Below are positions 50,320 through 63,400 of a DNA stretch of 64,000 nucleotides, one piece after another; positions within the stretch are counted from its first letter, which is position 1; each line of letters starts with the position of its first letter. A program made the translations under genes and the position numbers. This DNA comes from Raillietiella orientalis (taxonomy: Eukaryota), in assembly GCA_036172245.1 (NCBI GenBank), contig JAYWIR010000005.1, forward strand, positions 3,100,001 through 3,164,000, in the 5' to 3' direction. The notes under the pieces were generated by a model, which saw only the letters and a list, made by a program, of their open reading frames with translations, was not told the DNA's origin and did not search any database.

Positions 50320-52830
50320 GCGATTCTTACCGAGAAAGGAGAGGCGGAGCCTCCGAAAGAAAGAGGTGAACGGTGACTGCGCGTCCTCCACGGTGCGGAA
50401 GAGGAAACTCTTAAGATTTTCGGCAACAAATCGTCGTTGGGCTTGCAGGCGATGATGCCACCTGGGCAGAACCTCCTGACGTCCGAAAGGTATGCGACTG
50501 CCTGCTGCAACTCACTCCGCGCGGGATCCACTCGATTTGTTTCGGCAACCATTGATACCGCGGGGACATCATGCTCTTGTACGAGCCGTTTTCAAAGCTT
50601 CCTTCGTCAAATCATCGAATTACGTCGGGGTTTGTTTGAGCAGTTCCAGCAGACATATTCCGATAAGTCTCCCCAGCCTTGACGGCTCTGTTTGCACAGC
50701 TCCTTCCAAATGCTAAGCGGATATGACAGAATGAATTCTAGGATGGCACGGCGGAAGTTCCGTTAGTTTCTTCTTGTCGAGGTCTCGTCCTCCATGCTCG
50801 CGCGCACGAGTTGGCTGTGCCCTGCGATCTAGCAAAAGGTTCTGCGGCGTCTCAGAAGCCACAGAGGAAGGTTCTGCCGGTAATTTAGCGGAGCTCGAAT
50901 TTCGTGCCACTCTTCTAGTGGTCCGCCCTCAACTTGGGACGGTGTTGGAGGAGGAGGGGTGGGCAGGCACAGGGATGGAAGGAGAGCTCCTCGAGCAAGA
51001 GAGTTCCCTCCTTCACTTCGAAGCAAGCGAGGCGGCCCGCCCGTCTTCCCTGAAGATGCACCGCTGCTTCTGTACCCCTTCCGCCGGTCAAGTCAACTTG
51101 GCAGACTCGGGGCTCGAGACAGGCGCAAGGACATCGCTCGCACCACGGTTCCGCTTCCACAGGACCCCCGACGTCATTTCTCATGCTCTCGTGAAGAAGA
51201 CTCGAAATCTTGAAAGTTGAGCGAGCCGCATTGGTTTGTCACCATCCAGGCTGAGAGGTTCATCTTGGTAGGGTTTATTCCCTTTTGGGGTTTTGGCTCC
51301 TGTCTCCAACTTTGATCTGGTCTGGGTATCGGATTGACTGTCGACCACCGCGTGCTGTTTGGCACATCCACTCTTGCCACCCATCCATCCGAGTAGCAGG
51401 CGCAAGAGCAGAGGGAAGGATCCCGGAAAATCCCGGCTTTCGAATTTTCCCTGTGGAAGAGGGTCTTCGCGTGAGCGTGAGTTTTTGCCCTCTCTTGTTT
51501 TTCGTGAGAGCCTTTGTGCCGCCAATTCCTGGGAGAAGTTCTTGTCTCGTTTCCGATGTCTCGGAAAGCTCCTCGCTCGTGTCATGGTGGTGATCCCTCC
51601 TCCCGCTCTTCTCGCGATGGCAAGCGACGGAAAAATTCGAAACGGACATCGTCGTTGGCGGAAACCAAAAAGTCCCGCCTGTGAGAGGTCACCGAGAGAT
51701 GACGCTTTTCTTTCTCTCTGAAGCAGCGGTCTTTTGACTTAAAAAAACAATAGCCGAGTGAGCAATGGTGAGGTACAGACTCCATAGACCACTGTCCCTA
51801 AGCTTCATGGACGGAGATCCGAGGTCTTAGGAGCGAGTCCGGCTGGGCTCTCTCTTTTCGTAGCTTCCGGCTACTGAGGGAAGGTCGCAGGTGCCGCTGC
51901 TGCTTGTTGATCTGTCCACAGCTCCGCTTCCTCTCCTGTCGGTCCCATAAGGAGGGAGCCCCTCCGTAAGGGAAGAGACTTCCGACGGTTCCCATCTCTC
52001 TTGCCTCCAAGGAAACTGCTCAGCGAGACGAAGCTGGAAAAGCGTGATCGAGGAGCAGAAAGAAGTTCGGAAGGTATCCGGGTTTCGGAAAGCGTCCTCG
52101 GCAGGCGACGGGAGAACCATGGAAGATGAGGGCTCGGAGCACGAAGTCAGCACAGCGGAATGGTCTGCTCGCGGGACGCTCGCGGCCGCCTAGTCCCGTT
52201 GTCCTGCCTCATGGCTACAGCAAAGAGGCGGGAACCCTTCCCGGGGCGACGCGCAATGGACGGCCATCGGCAGCCGAACGGGGAGGAAGAAGGAAAAGGA
52301 GCGCGAACGGAGATTTCGATGAATTTGGGGGGTCCGCCCCCTCGAAACCCCTCGAGGTGGCTGCTGCCAGCTTCCCCGTTCCTCCTCAGCTCCCATCGCT
52401 GTTGGTACGCGAACCTGAAAATGGAAGAGCCGATGGATCTTCCAGGGAAACCACTCGTCATTCAAGCTCTTTACTAAGCGCCGAGAAGAAGCGCCGCGTG
52501 TGCGCGTGGACACACCCGATGTTGACCCTGGTTGAATACCTGGAGGGCAGTTGTCTGGGGATTCAACCAATGTGGCGCCGGAGTCTTCCATCGCATCCTT
52601 TCTGGCTCCGTGATTTGAGGCCCCGCTTAAGAAACCGGCAATCTCTCCAACTACCCAGGCGTTTGGGCTACCCGCCTTGATGCCTCGTGCGTGGGGCGCT
52701 TGCACCCTCATCCGCAGCCTCTTCACACGTCTTCATCTTCTTCCGCTCTCGTCCCACGAGGAACAGAAGCTTCTCCGTGGTCCTACCCGGGGAGAAAGGG
52801 AGGATGGGCGGGGTGGAATGGCCACGTGAT
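50320..52830 (+). mobile_element. Decayed DIRS1-like pol region (RT-RNase H-MT-YR)
   Basis: RT: ILTEKGEAE, MMPPGQ. RNase H: EGWAG...EQESSLLHFEASE. MT: WSGYRID, RAFVPPIP. YR: ASW, LMATAKRRE (box I), HPMLTLVEYLE, KGGW. All in the expected order. Confidence 0.55.
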
Positions 52831-53079
52831 GCCGCCGTCATCTAAGCGCATCGCCTCCGCGACGCCGCCGTCGCTGCAACCGCACTCCTGCGCGTGCGTG
52901 CGTGCGCTCCTTCCCGGATGTGGCGGCGGGATCGATGCATCTCGGGAAATAGGCAGACTGCGAACAGGCCGCATCCCACTCACGGCGCCGCTTCCTTTTT
53001 TTTCCCTCTTTCAAATCCACCTGATTCTTCCTCCTTCCCAGGCGCTCGAAGTCTCCGTGGGGTTGGAGCCGGGAGCCCT

Positions 53080-53560
53080 GAGTCCTCCCGACACCCTTCG
53101 CCCCTGGTGTCGAGCTTTTGTGAGCACCGAGTGAGGATGGAGTTCTCGGAAGAAGTTCTTCGAGTGCCAGGACCTCCTTGAGCGCTGAAGGAACCTCCAC
53201 TCGGAAGTCACGCTGGCTCCAGACGATGAGGTCCACGCAGTTGGCTTCCGATCGGTCGAGTCCGAGGACGGCTGTCAGCACCCGTCTAGAACTCCCTCGT
53301 CGCCGAAGGCGGAGAACTCCGCAGAAAGGAACTTGGGAGACATCCGCCGGAGGCAGGAAACAGCATGAGAAGGAGAAGGGGAGGGAGAGAAGAAGTAGTT
53401 GCTGCTGCGGGCGCACATCGGAGAATTCGAGAATTTTACCAAGAGGGGCGGGACGACTGGAGGCATCAGAGGACGCTGAAGCGTTCAGCAGCTCCCGCTC
53501 TGTCGCTGCCCCTCTGGTTCGGATGCTGCCGCCCCCGCTCAGAGTGGAAACTTTGCGACG
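53080..53560 (-). mobile_element. Possible DIRS RT fragment
   Basis: ORF 52838..53629: LGKILEFSDVRPQQ...QVPFCG...RVLTAVLGLDR...EVLALEEL...HKSS follows DIRS RT motif order. Confidence 0.4.
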
Positions 53561-56500
53561 ACCGACTTCTCCTTTCCTCCCCTTCTCCTCTTCGTCTTCC
53601 TCCGTGTTCGATCTCTGCGAGCAGTGCACGCAGGACAGCGCCCGGAAAACACGCGCATGCTCCTACTTACGACGGAGGAAGATCGAGCAGGATGGAGGGG
53701 GGAGGAGCCTGGATGACCCCGGAATGGAGGCACGCGTAGCAAGGGAGAGGAAGCAAGAAACGAGAGTCTCTCGTTTGAGAAGCCGCCGTGGAGAGTTCGC
53801 CAGGATGCTCGCGCACGGAGACGCTGTTTTGTAATGGAAGAGGGGGCGCAAGATCCGCTTCCCTTCCCTCTGCTCTCGCACCCGCTGGATCCACAGTCTT
53901 CGGTCACGGATCCAGGGGGGACTCTTCCGCTCGTGTTGCCCTTCGTCCTTCTTCCTCTTCTGCTGATTCCCTCATCATCCTCGACCACATCTCCCTCTCC
54001 TCATCTCGAGCATTCCCTTCTCATTCCCCCTAGTTCCTCCCCTCCCCATCCTCATTAGCGGCAGCAGTTTAGCGGCGGTAGCGGCTGTAGCATCCCACTC
54101 ATAGCCATTGTCATCATCTCCTTCCCCATCCTCCCTCTCCCTCAGTACCGACTTCATGGCCCCGCTTTCCCGGGGCGTTTCTTCGTGCCCGTGTCGCGTG
54201 CGGCTAGGGCTGCGCCGGCGCTCCCCTCTCCGCCTCTTCCTGCACTCGCACCCACCGAGTGCTCCGTCCACTTCATACCACCATGCGTGCGGGAGACGCA
54301 GAAGGGAAGCCTCAAGGATGGTGCGAGAGCAGCACCCCTCCGAGAGGGAGAAAGGACTTTCCTTGCCTCTTCTGTGACCGACCTTCCAACGCCGTCCCTT
54401 CCTCATTGCAAAAGTCTGCCTGGGCACCCCAGCGCAGTATCCGACCGACCACACATAGGACGGGCGGAGTGAGAGCAAGACGATGGGGAGGCGGGAGAGG
54501 GGTCCGGGGAGATGGCATGCGCCCGAGGTAATCACTCAGGTGATTCCAGGTCCCGGGATGAGCTGCGCCTCTCTGAGTCTCCTTGTCAACGGTCTTCACC
54601 TCCCCCACGTTCCTGTCCGGAGCATTGACTCCACACTCCGCTTCCTGGCAGAGCAGGTAAACCGGCGCCTCCGCTCCTCCCCCCTTCCTCTCTTCGTCTC
54701 CTCCTCCTCCTCTTCCTCCTCGTCCTCTTCCCTCCCTCCCGCTGCGGAGCCCTCGCGCTAGGCTCCCAGGGGTTCTCGTGCGTTCCCTAGGGCGTTTCCG
54801 TGGCGGTCGCGCCCCAGCGGGACCTCTTCCCGGAGGACTCGGAATAGAGGAGGAATTCGACCCCACCCTCTCTCTCTGGGTGGATCACGCGCTTCCGGCT
54901 TCTCCTTCCCTCCCTTCCCCACGCCTTTGTCGCTTGCTCCCTCCTCCCCTGCTCTGCGCTCTCCGCGACCGGCGAAACGCGCGACTGGACGAGCCTTCCC
55001 GTTCTTGCACCTCCCGCTTCTGTCTTGGCCTCCCCCGCTGACGCCCAGGATCTGACAGTCACGTGCTCGTCGGAGGTCTCGTCCCCTGAGACGCCAGCTC
55101 AGGTCTCTGGCAGATCGACCAAGACGATACTGGGTCTCCCAACATGATGCTGCCGCCGCCAGCGCTCCAGGCGTGCGGAAAGCACCCGAAGGTTCCGTCT
55201 GCCCCTTGACCGCCCGAAAGGGAGAAGAAGCGACCTCGTCGCCATTCCTACGCGTGCAAGAGGGTGGAGAGTCTCCCCAGAGGCGGGCACGACGCCTGCC
55301 GCGTCGTGGAATCCAGCAGCCACAGCTCGCCACGCCGCAGCTCCTCGACCGCGTCTCCAGGGGTACTCTGCCCCATAGTCCGACTCCGTGGTAATGAACG
55401 GCTTCGCCGCGGACCTCGTCGGAGTCAGGGAACCCCCTCCCGAACCACGCCGAGAGGCAGCCACACCGCGGCGAGCTGGCGACGCAGAATCGAGCTGGGT
55501 CTACTCAGCTTCCGGGAAGCGACGAGTTACGGGAGTCTGCAGCCCCACGCTGGACCCGCTCTCTCCTCGCCGTCTCAGCACGCCATCCAGCGACAGGCGA
55601 GCAAATGCGAGGAAAGGGGAAGCAAGAAGAAGGACGCAGAGTCCCTGCCGACTTCCTCAAGCTCTCATGGCCCGTCACCACTCGCCTACGTGGAACCCAA
55701 ACGCTCGCGCCGGCTGCCACCTCCAGGTGGCCAAGCGAACCGGGGTCGGAACTCCGAGATGGAACGATGGCTACTGCGAGCGAGAAGTAGACAGGCAAAG
55801 GCCTCCCTCTGTCCTCCCGCCGCTCGGCCGCCTTCCCAGAGTACCGACAGAAGGAGACGGGTGCTTATGGCCATGATCTGCCCCACTTTTTCCTGGGGCA
55901 TTCCCGGAGGAAGATTCCGTCCTCCAGGTTTTCCGGAGGGTGCTCCCTCGGAACGCAGGGGAAGGAGGCGTGAGAGCTAGCGAGATGGAGGGGAGGCGTG
56001 CCAGCTTCTCGGATCCTGGAGGAAAGGAGGAAGAGAGGGATGGCTCACAGAAAGCGCCCGCGGCGCCGAGCCGAAGGCGATTCGCTATCGCTTCCTCCTC
56101 TCCTCCCTGTCACCGCCCATCTCCCGTCGTTTCCCCGCCTAGGGACGCGGCGCCAAGATCACCCCCGCTCCGCTATTCCCGCTCCTGGTGTATTGAACGC
56201 GCGTGCGCGGGCGAGTAGTCCGGAGGCGGAGGTGCTTTCTGGCTCGTGCTGCCCTCAGGCTTAGAGGGAAGCTCCAGAAAGCTCCCTCGTGCGAACCCCT
56301 CCTGGACGTGGAAGGTCCCTCTCGGAAGTAGAAGGACCGGTACGAAACGCTCCTCATTTCGGTCCAGAGATTCTGGACAAGTAGCCTGCTCGAACCTGAA
56401 AGTCACCGTCGAGCATCCGGACCTCCGGAGACGGCGTCCCCCGGACGCGTGCCCGTTTCCTCTCCCGCCTTCTGCTCCAGAAGCAGCCGTGGAAGGAAAA

Positions 56501-56879
56501 GGAAGCGGGAAATCTCCCGTTTTGCCTTCGGGAATCGCAGGCTCTACGTCTCTCGGAAGGTCGTGAAGCGCGTCAAGTTTTTTCAGGAGAGAGCGCGGCG
56601 GCGGCGCGGTCGTACCCCGACTTTCCGTTCAAAAAGGCGATCGCGCCTCGCCCCCTCGCCCTTCTTCTCCCTGTCCTGAAAAAACTCTCCCGTCGCCACA
56701 GCATCCGCCTCGCAAAAAGCCTCAGGCGCATAGAGAGCTCAAACATCTCCCACTGCTCGTCCCCCAGAACATCTCAGCATCGATCGATTTCTCCCCCCCC
56801 CCCTTTTTCCCCCATCCTTTCAGCATCCATAGCGTTCTTTTCTTCGTTCTCCCCTCGTCCTGCTGCCTTGTTAATTTGT

Positions 56880-57640
56880 TCCGTCAGTTCACCTCACCTC
56901 CGTGGGATAGCCAGCGAAACTTCGTCAGCACCAACCGCTCGACGGACGGTTTGACGAAGGCGCGGCCGAGGACGTGCGTGACGCGCGCGCAGCACGGAGC
57001 TCCACGCACGAAACCCACGCGCGGGAGGGTATCCTCGCGTGTGCGAGCTCCCGTTTTCGATTTCCGGTGGCAACGCGGGCGAAGATTGATCACGACTAGC
57101 GCTGGCACGCGGAGTGGCTGCCCTCCCCGCCTTTGCTGCACGCGCGCGCGTGCGCAGCACGCAGGACTGCCGCTTTTTCAGAGCTCCTCCCCCCTCCCTT
57201 CCTCCCAACTCCCTCCTTCACGCACCTCCCCCGAGCACATTAGGGGCGCTATCCGGGAGAGAGAAAGAGTAGGGGTCGATCGAGGGTGGAAGGCGGAAGG
57301 TACAGAATTCAAGGTCCTCTCCCGGTGCCTCCAAGCCGCTCCGCCTATGCTCCCGGAGAACTCCCCACCTGCCTCTGAGCGTCCCTCGAGGCGCCTGCGC
57401 GGGCGCTTGCCTCCAAGCGGCAACCGCGAGCGCTTCTCGTCCGGGAAACTCGCGATCCCGGAATCGCTCCCCTTGGCCAGGAACTCTTCAGCTTCCGAAG
57501 CGCCTGGTGCTCCATCGCCTCTGCCCTTGGGTTTCCTGCTCTTCCCCTCTTGGCGGCGAGACCGCACAATTTGGCGTGTCTCCTCTTGGAAGCGGTAACT
57601 TGAGCGGAAGGGGAAGGGGATCTGCAGTGGTCTGCACCCC
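56880..57640 (-). mobile_element. Possible DIRS RT fragment
   Basis: EAEEFLAKG...SRLPLGGK; WRHRERTLN; QPLRVPALVVINL; LPRVGFV; VTHVLG. These appear in DIRS RT order. Confidence 0.45.
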
Positions 57641-59864
57641 ACCCCTTCCTGCCGGGCAGGAGGGGGGAGGAAGGAACGAGCTTACGAGGGAGACGCGGAT
57701 GCGACCGAGACCCGGGAGGGATCCGGAATTCGAGGTTTCCAGGGGCGGCGCACTCCCGGTGATGCCCGAGTTGGAAGAGACGGAGGGGGAGGAAGGAAAA
57801 GAGGAAGCCGGAGGCAGTCGTCTCCTCTGCCACGAGAGATGCTGCATGCGACCTGGAGACACCACTCAAGAGCTTCGGATCCATCTCTCCCCCTCAGTCG
57901 GGGAGCGAAACTCGGAGATGTACTCTCGGAAAGGCTGCCCAAGGAACTCTCCTTGCTCGGCTCCAAGGAGTAGCGAGAAAAGACGGAGAAACACGATTCG
58001 GGTGGGCGAATGTTGACTTTTCGGTAGGTCAGGCGGACATCCTTCCCTCGTCTGCAGGTCAATGAGCCGATGGTGGACGGGCGAGTAGGTCAGGGCAAAA
58101 CAGGAGCGAAAGCCTTGCAAGGTCTGACAAGGACGATGGACTGGCGGAGGTAAATAAACCAGAGGATTCCTGCAAAAAGTAAAAGAAGGGAACAGTCGAA
58201 AAAAAAAAAAAGGAACGCACCTTTTACTTGGGGCTCTCTCCCACCGCCAGCGTTTTCGCCAGCTTTCGGGTGCGGCGGTGAGAAGGTGGTCAGAGAAAGG
58301 TGGTGGCCGACTATGAACCGCTAGTGGCAGCCACAGACCTCCTTGCACGTGGAGGACCTCATCTTCCGCGTTCTCTGCTTCATTCTTCATGCGCAATAAT
58401 CCCGACTCCTACTGGGAATGCAGCCTGCTGCCTACATTCGAGCGGTTCGGCGTGTATCGATCTGGCTGCGCCAGAGAGCAGCTGCCGCCACTGCCGTCTG
58501 CGTTCGGGAGTATGCTGGAAGTCTGTTTGAGCAGGTGTCATTCGCCGCAGCGCTGTCAAGTCGCTCGAGGGCCTTCGACGTTGGTCTTAGACGGTCTCTG
58601 CTGAAAACCTGTGATACCTTTCCCCCCCTCTCTTTCGGAGCCAGCTGGCGGTCCAGAGAGAACTTCGGATCAATCTTATGCTGCTGCCTCGAACTGTGCT
58701 TTGCCTCCGCAGCATCCGCTTGACCATGACCTAGTTTCGGACGGCGGTGGGAAGTCCACCCTGCCGGGCAGCGACGCTATGGTAAGAATCCCATTGTCGT
58801 TTCTCGCGGTTGTTCCCGTTCGAGCGAAAGATCAGGAGGGCATCCGCATTCCGAGGGAAGCCGCGATCATCTGCTCTGCATGTTCCCTTGCTTTTCTCCG
58901 TCTTTCTCCCGGAGGCGCATCTGAGCTCTTGTTCGGAGATGACATCGAGTGGGAAACAAGCGAGTTCTCCTCTGTCTGTCGTTGGATCCGAGTCGAAAGG
59001 CGACCACTCGGAAGGTGCATGCGTCCGTGAAGGAGTGAACTGGGCGCCTCTGGTTGCTGGACGAACACTGCCCCCACACAAGGGAAAATCTCGCTTTGCC
59101 GTCCGGGAACATCTCATGGTTTGGCTCCGGAACTTGAAGGTGCATGCGCCTATGTGTCGCACCGCGTGCGAGGGCGCAGGGGTGCGCACCGAGCTGGCCG
59201 GACCTCGAGTGAAGAGTCGTGAAGAGTGACGCCGGGAAACCCTTGAAAAGTTGCGATGGTGAAGAACCCCCCAACTTTTTAGGTGAATTGAAGAGCCGTC
59301 TCAGAAAATCGAAAGAAATGCACCCAGTCCAGGGACACTCATTGAACCAGCCCGTCTTCCGGTGCATCCTCAGGCAGGGAAGGGGGATCGGAGGGCAAAA
59401 CCAGCTGAGAACCCCATCTCAGGAGAAACTGCGTCCACCTGGAAGCTCCAGATCGTGCAATGTGATTTTTAAATTCGCCGCTCACGGCGTGCGGGCCGAT
59501 ACACCGACCGGAGCGTTCCGAGTGTCGCAGGTCCGTGGTGCCACACCGTCCCGAACCGCGTGGTCCTCACTGTTCCCTCTCCCGACTTGCGGTCCCTCTC
59601 ATCCACCATTCAGTTTCATCTCTTTCCTCCATGGCACTGGGTGACCGGCTGTGTTTGCCGGACTCGAGCAGGGCAGTAGCAAGAAGGAAGCACTGAAGAC
59701 GACGCACCGGTCGTTGATTCTCTCTGGCGTGAGAGCACAAAACGTGAGGGGAGAGGCGAAGGATGACCTTGGAGTATATCGACGTCAAGAGACGGGAACT
59801 ATCGCGCGGCGGGCTCGAAGGCAGCTGACCAGCAAAAATTCTCTGTCCCTTCTCTCCGCGAGAC

Positions 59865-60420
59865 GTGTTCTTCTTCAGAGAGGAGGTTTCTATGGCGATC
59901 GGTCGCGATGCAGAAAACGCGGTCCCGCAGGTTAGAGGCGTCGTCCGAGGCTCATTCCTGCTCGTGGCCTTGGCGATCCGCATCAGATCTGCTGATGCCG
60001 CCGCCGATGCGGTTGTTTTCACATTGGGAAAAAAACAGCGGCACTTCTTCGAGAGGAAGCAAACGAGCGGTGGCTGCGCTGTTCGCCCTCTGGCACCCTC
60101 GTTCGAGAAGTAACCGACGTCCGTGCGAATTTGACTGACCAGCCCCCTTGAACGTCTGCTCATTGCTCATCCCCATTGCTCAAACCTTGAGGCTACCTCT
60201 CGGGAAAGCGAACTTCGCGAAGGGCTGAAAATTTGGCAAGCGCTACCGATGGGCCCCCTTTAGCACGAGGGCAAGGACTGAAATTATTCGTTCTCTTCCT
60301 TATGTACTTTCTGTTTGGCCCCTCCATGGTGCAATCATCTCGATTTATTGCAGGCGTCGTCTTTGTTTTGTTCTCGTTTCGACTGATCCTATGGCGGGTC
60401 GGAAGACGCTCGTCTTGAGC
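59865..60420 (+). mobile_element. Possible DIRS RT fragment
   Basis: FREEVSMAIGRDA...GSFLLV; RLPLG; PPLARGQGLKLFVLFLMYFL...RRSS. Confidence 0.4.
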
Positions 60421-63400
60421 GTTTGTTCACTTTTTGTTGGCTATGCAGAAGGGAGGAACTGTGCGCGAGCAAGGTCCGTTTGTGCAAACTTCCCGTCTGA
60501 CTTCCCGTGCTTTCTCTCCGACGGGGACGCGCGCGCTGCTACGGACCAGACACATCCTTCGCCACGGCGGTTGCGCGCGCTTGGCACGCACGGCGCGCTG
60601 ATCCACGCCTCCGAGCGGGCTGACCCAGCCCGCCTCTCCGAAAGCCCTGCGAGGAGAAAGGTTGCCCGTGGCCCGGTGTCGCAATCGCGCCCCCTGTCTC
60701 GCGAGTGGCAGACTCTGGAAGGGCAACCCGAGGGTCAGCAGCACCCCGTGCCTCCATGAGTAGCAGAGAATCTCCCACTGAGTCACGGTTTTGGACACGT
60801 GGCACTGAGTCCTTTGCTGTGCTCAAGAGCACGGGTAGGACAGAGCCTCGACCGCGCTCTTGCGATCAGCCAGCTTCGTGAGCGCCATCGTCGTCGTCTT
60901 CAGCTCAGGATGTGGAGAGCAACCATCATCCGCACTGGCGCTGTCGTTTGGAACACGACGTAGCGCGAAGCGCTCTTGGTGCTTCCGCAAGACTTTACCC
61001 CCGTAGGCAAAGTTAAAACAGAAACGGCCAAAACGATAAACCAAAACCGCACACTTGGAACTGCCCCCCTCCCCCCTCCCTACGCCCTGAAGGAAAACAG
61101 TTGAAGATGAAAATCAAGTCGAAAAGGCAGCCAACGCAAGAGGTTCCTTCAAGAGCACATGAGTCCCAAAGCTCCCTAAAAACAAAATTTTGTTTTTTTG
61201 TCTGAGAGCTGAAAATGACGAAAGTGCGTTCCCTTTGGAAAATGCTGAACTTTTGCCAAAGTTAACGGAAGGCGTCTCGAAAGGCGTTCCGAAAAGTGCA
61301 AAGTATTATGGAGTGGTTTGCACACGTGAAAACGCCACTTCATGATCTCTGGAAGGTGTGAGTTGCTGCTGAGGGCTGCTGCTCTCTCCCCGTGAGGAAC
61401 GAAAGTGCATGCTTTTCGATCGGGAAGCTCGTGAATGCCCAGAGATAACGATTCTCCTATCCCAGTTGGTTCCAAGCACGATGACGACCACCACTGTTCG
61501 GAAGAGTCTCGCAGCACCTTTGAAGAGAAACCTCAAGCTGCTCTTGGTAACCTCACCCGACCAGCAGCAGTGGCGAAAGTCAGTCCTTCGAACGGCAGCT
61601 TGCATCACCTCCTTGCTCCGTTGCCTTCCATATTCCAGAATCCAATCTGAAGGTTTTCATTTGAGTGACCTCTCATTGGAGAAACTTTCCACTCCTCTAC
61701 ATTAATATTCTAAAGTATCACTCTAGAATCCATAGTCGCGTCATGTAGCACTAGGTCACCGAGGTTGAGAAGCGAGTGCATTGAAATTATGGGTTGCTAT
61801 GTGACCTTTGCTATAGTTGTTTGCTGCTATCAGAAGCTCGCAAAGCATCGGTAGCAGAATGCCTAAGAGTCTTAGAGACCATCCGTGGAATACTACCTGT
61901 GTGCGCAAAGCTCAGGCACTCGTGCTTTTCGTGACGCTTTGGCAGCATCTTCCATCTTGAGGAAGAATTTCCGTTTTTCAGACCTGTCTGAAATGCCGTC
62001 GAAGCTCTGGAGGAGCTCACAGTGACCATAGGCAACGGGGAAGGCAAAGTTTCCCTGCATCCACGTGTGTCCCACAGCATCAAGTTACAGAGGCTTCGAA
62101 CGTTGAGGTTCTCAATCTCTTTCTTCACAGATTAGCGGAATGATTCTGGTAGTCTCGGGCTTCTTCCGACTGGAGCGAGAAGGTCGCGGTTCCGACTCAG
62201 TTAGCGTTCTCGTCTTGGCGGAGCACTTTGGGAAGAGACATCTTGGCTGAAGAAAATCCGCAAGTTACCCTGAGATCAGGCTATGGCCGTATAGCTCTTC
62301 TCCGATTGCAGGTTTCGTGCTGGAATTGTGCTTCTAATCAGAATATTCCTTGACCGTTTCTTCCGGATGACTCTTCTGATCAGACTCTGATATTGCAGCC
62401 AGGCTACCTTCTTGAAGCCGCTTGATCGAAATGCTCACGCATTCGTCTTTTCCTTTGAAGGGATTTCCGGAAGATGCCAGTCCACACCGGGCACCAAGGA
62501 TGAGTGATTGCTGGCATGGACCGCTCAGAGGATGCATTCCCTCTTACACTGACAGCAGCCTTCTTTCTGAACAAGGCAAAGCGGACCGCGTTTCTACTGC
62601 ACTTCCAAGAGCTCGGCGAGTGGATCATTTCGTGCTTGCATTCTCTCCTCTTCTCTTTTTTGACTTTTTGCTTTCCTTTTTCACTCCGTTGCCATTCCTC
62701 AGTCAGCAAAGTGCTCCGCGACTGCGATGATTAATGATTCAGAAACTGGGTAGAACCTCCTCCCTACGTATGCATGACTTGGCACCTTGCTTGACTTTTA
62801 CCATGCGAGCCATTATTAACGGAGAGCATCAGCGTTTCCGCAAGAGCGTATCTGCTTGCTTGAAGCCTTCTCTGTGAGCACACGATAATGGCGGCAGCGG
62901 CGACTATTTATAAGCTCCTGTTTAGACAGCATCCGGCATTTGCAGTATGCAGCAGGGAGGGGTCGCATGTCTGAATGATGCAGGCCGAACACCTTCGGAT
63001 CAGGAGATTACCGAGAATTGGTGGATAATCAGGGTTGCGAGCGTGCGACAAGGATTCTTCCGAGCGCATTCCTTCCTCGACTTCATTCTACTGTATCGTT
63101 TAGGGCAACAACAAAAGAGGATTAGGGAATCCCTACAAAAAAGGCTTGATGGAATTTTTTTTGTTGTTTCCTTTTCCCCATTTTCTCCTTCACTCCTTTT
63201 TTTTTGTTTGTGTGCATCTGGTTTCATTCGGCGCGAGAGATTTTTTCAAAAGTCGATTTAAAAGCCACTCTGGCAGCTTCCCTGCACACGGCCGTGGGAG
63301 TCATGAGGGATGCACGGTGAAGGATCTAGATGGCCTGGATCGCTTTCCTCCCCGCTTCCTCTCTTCTGCGGAACCGTTTTTCATGTGACCCAGAATATTA

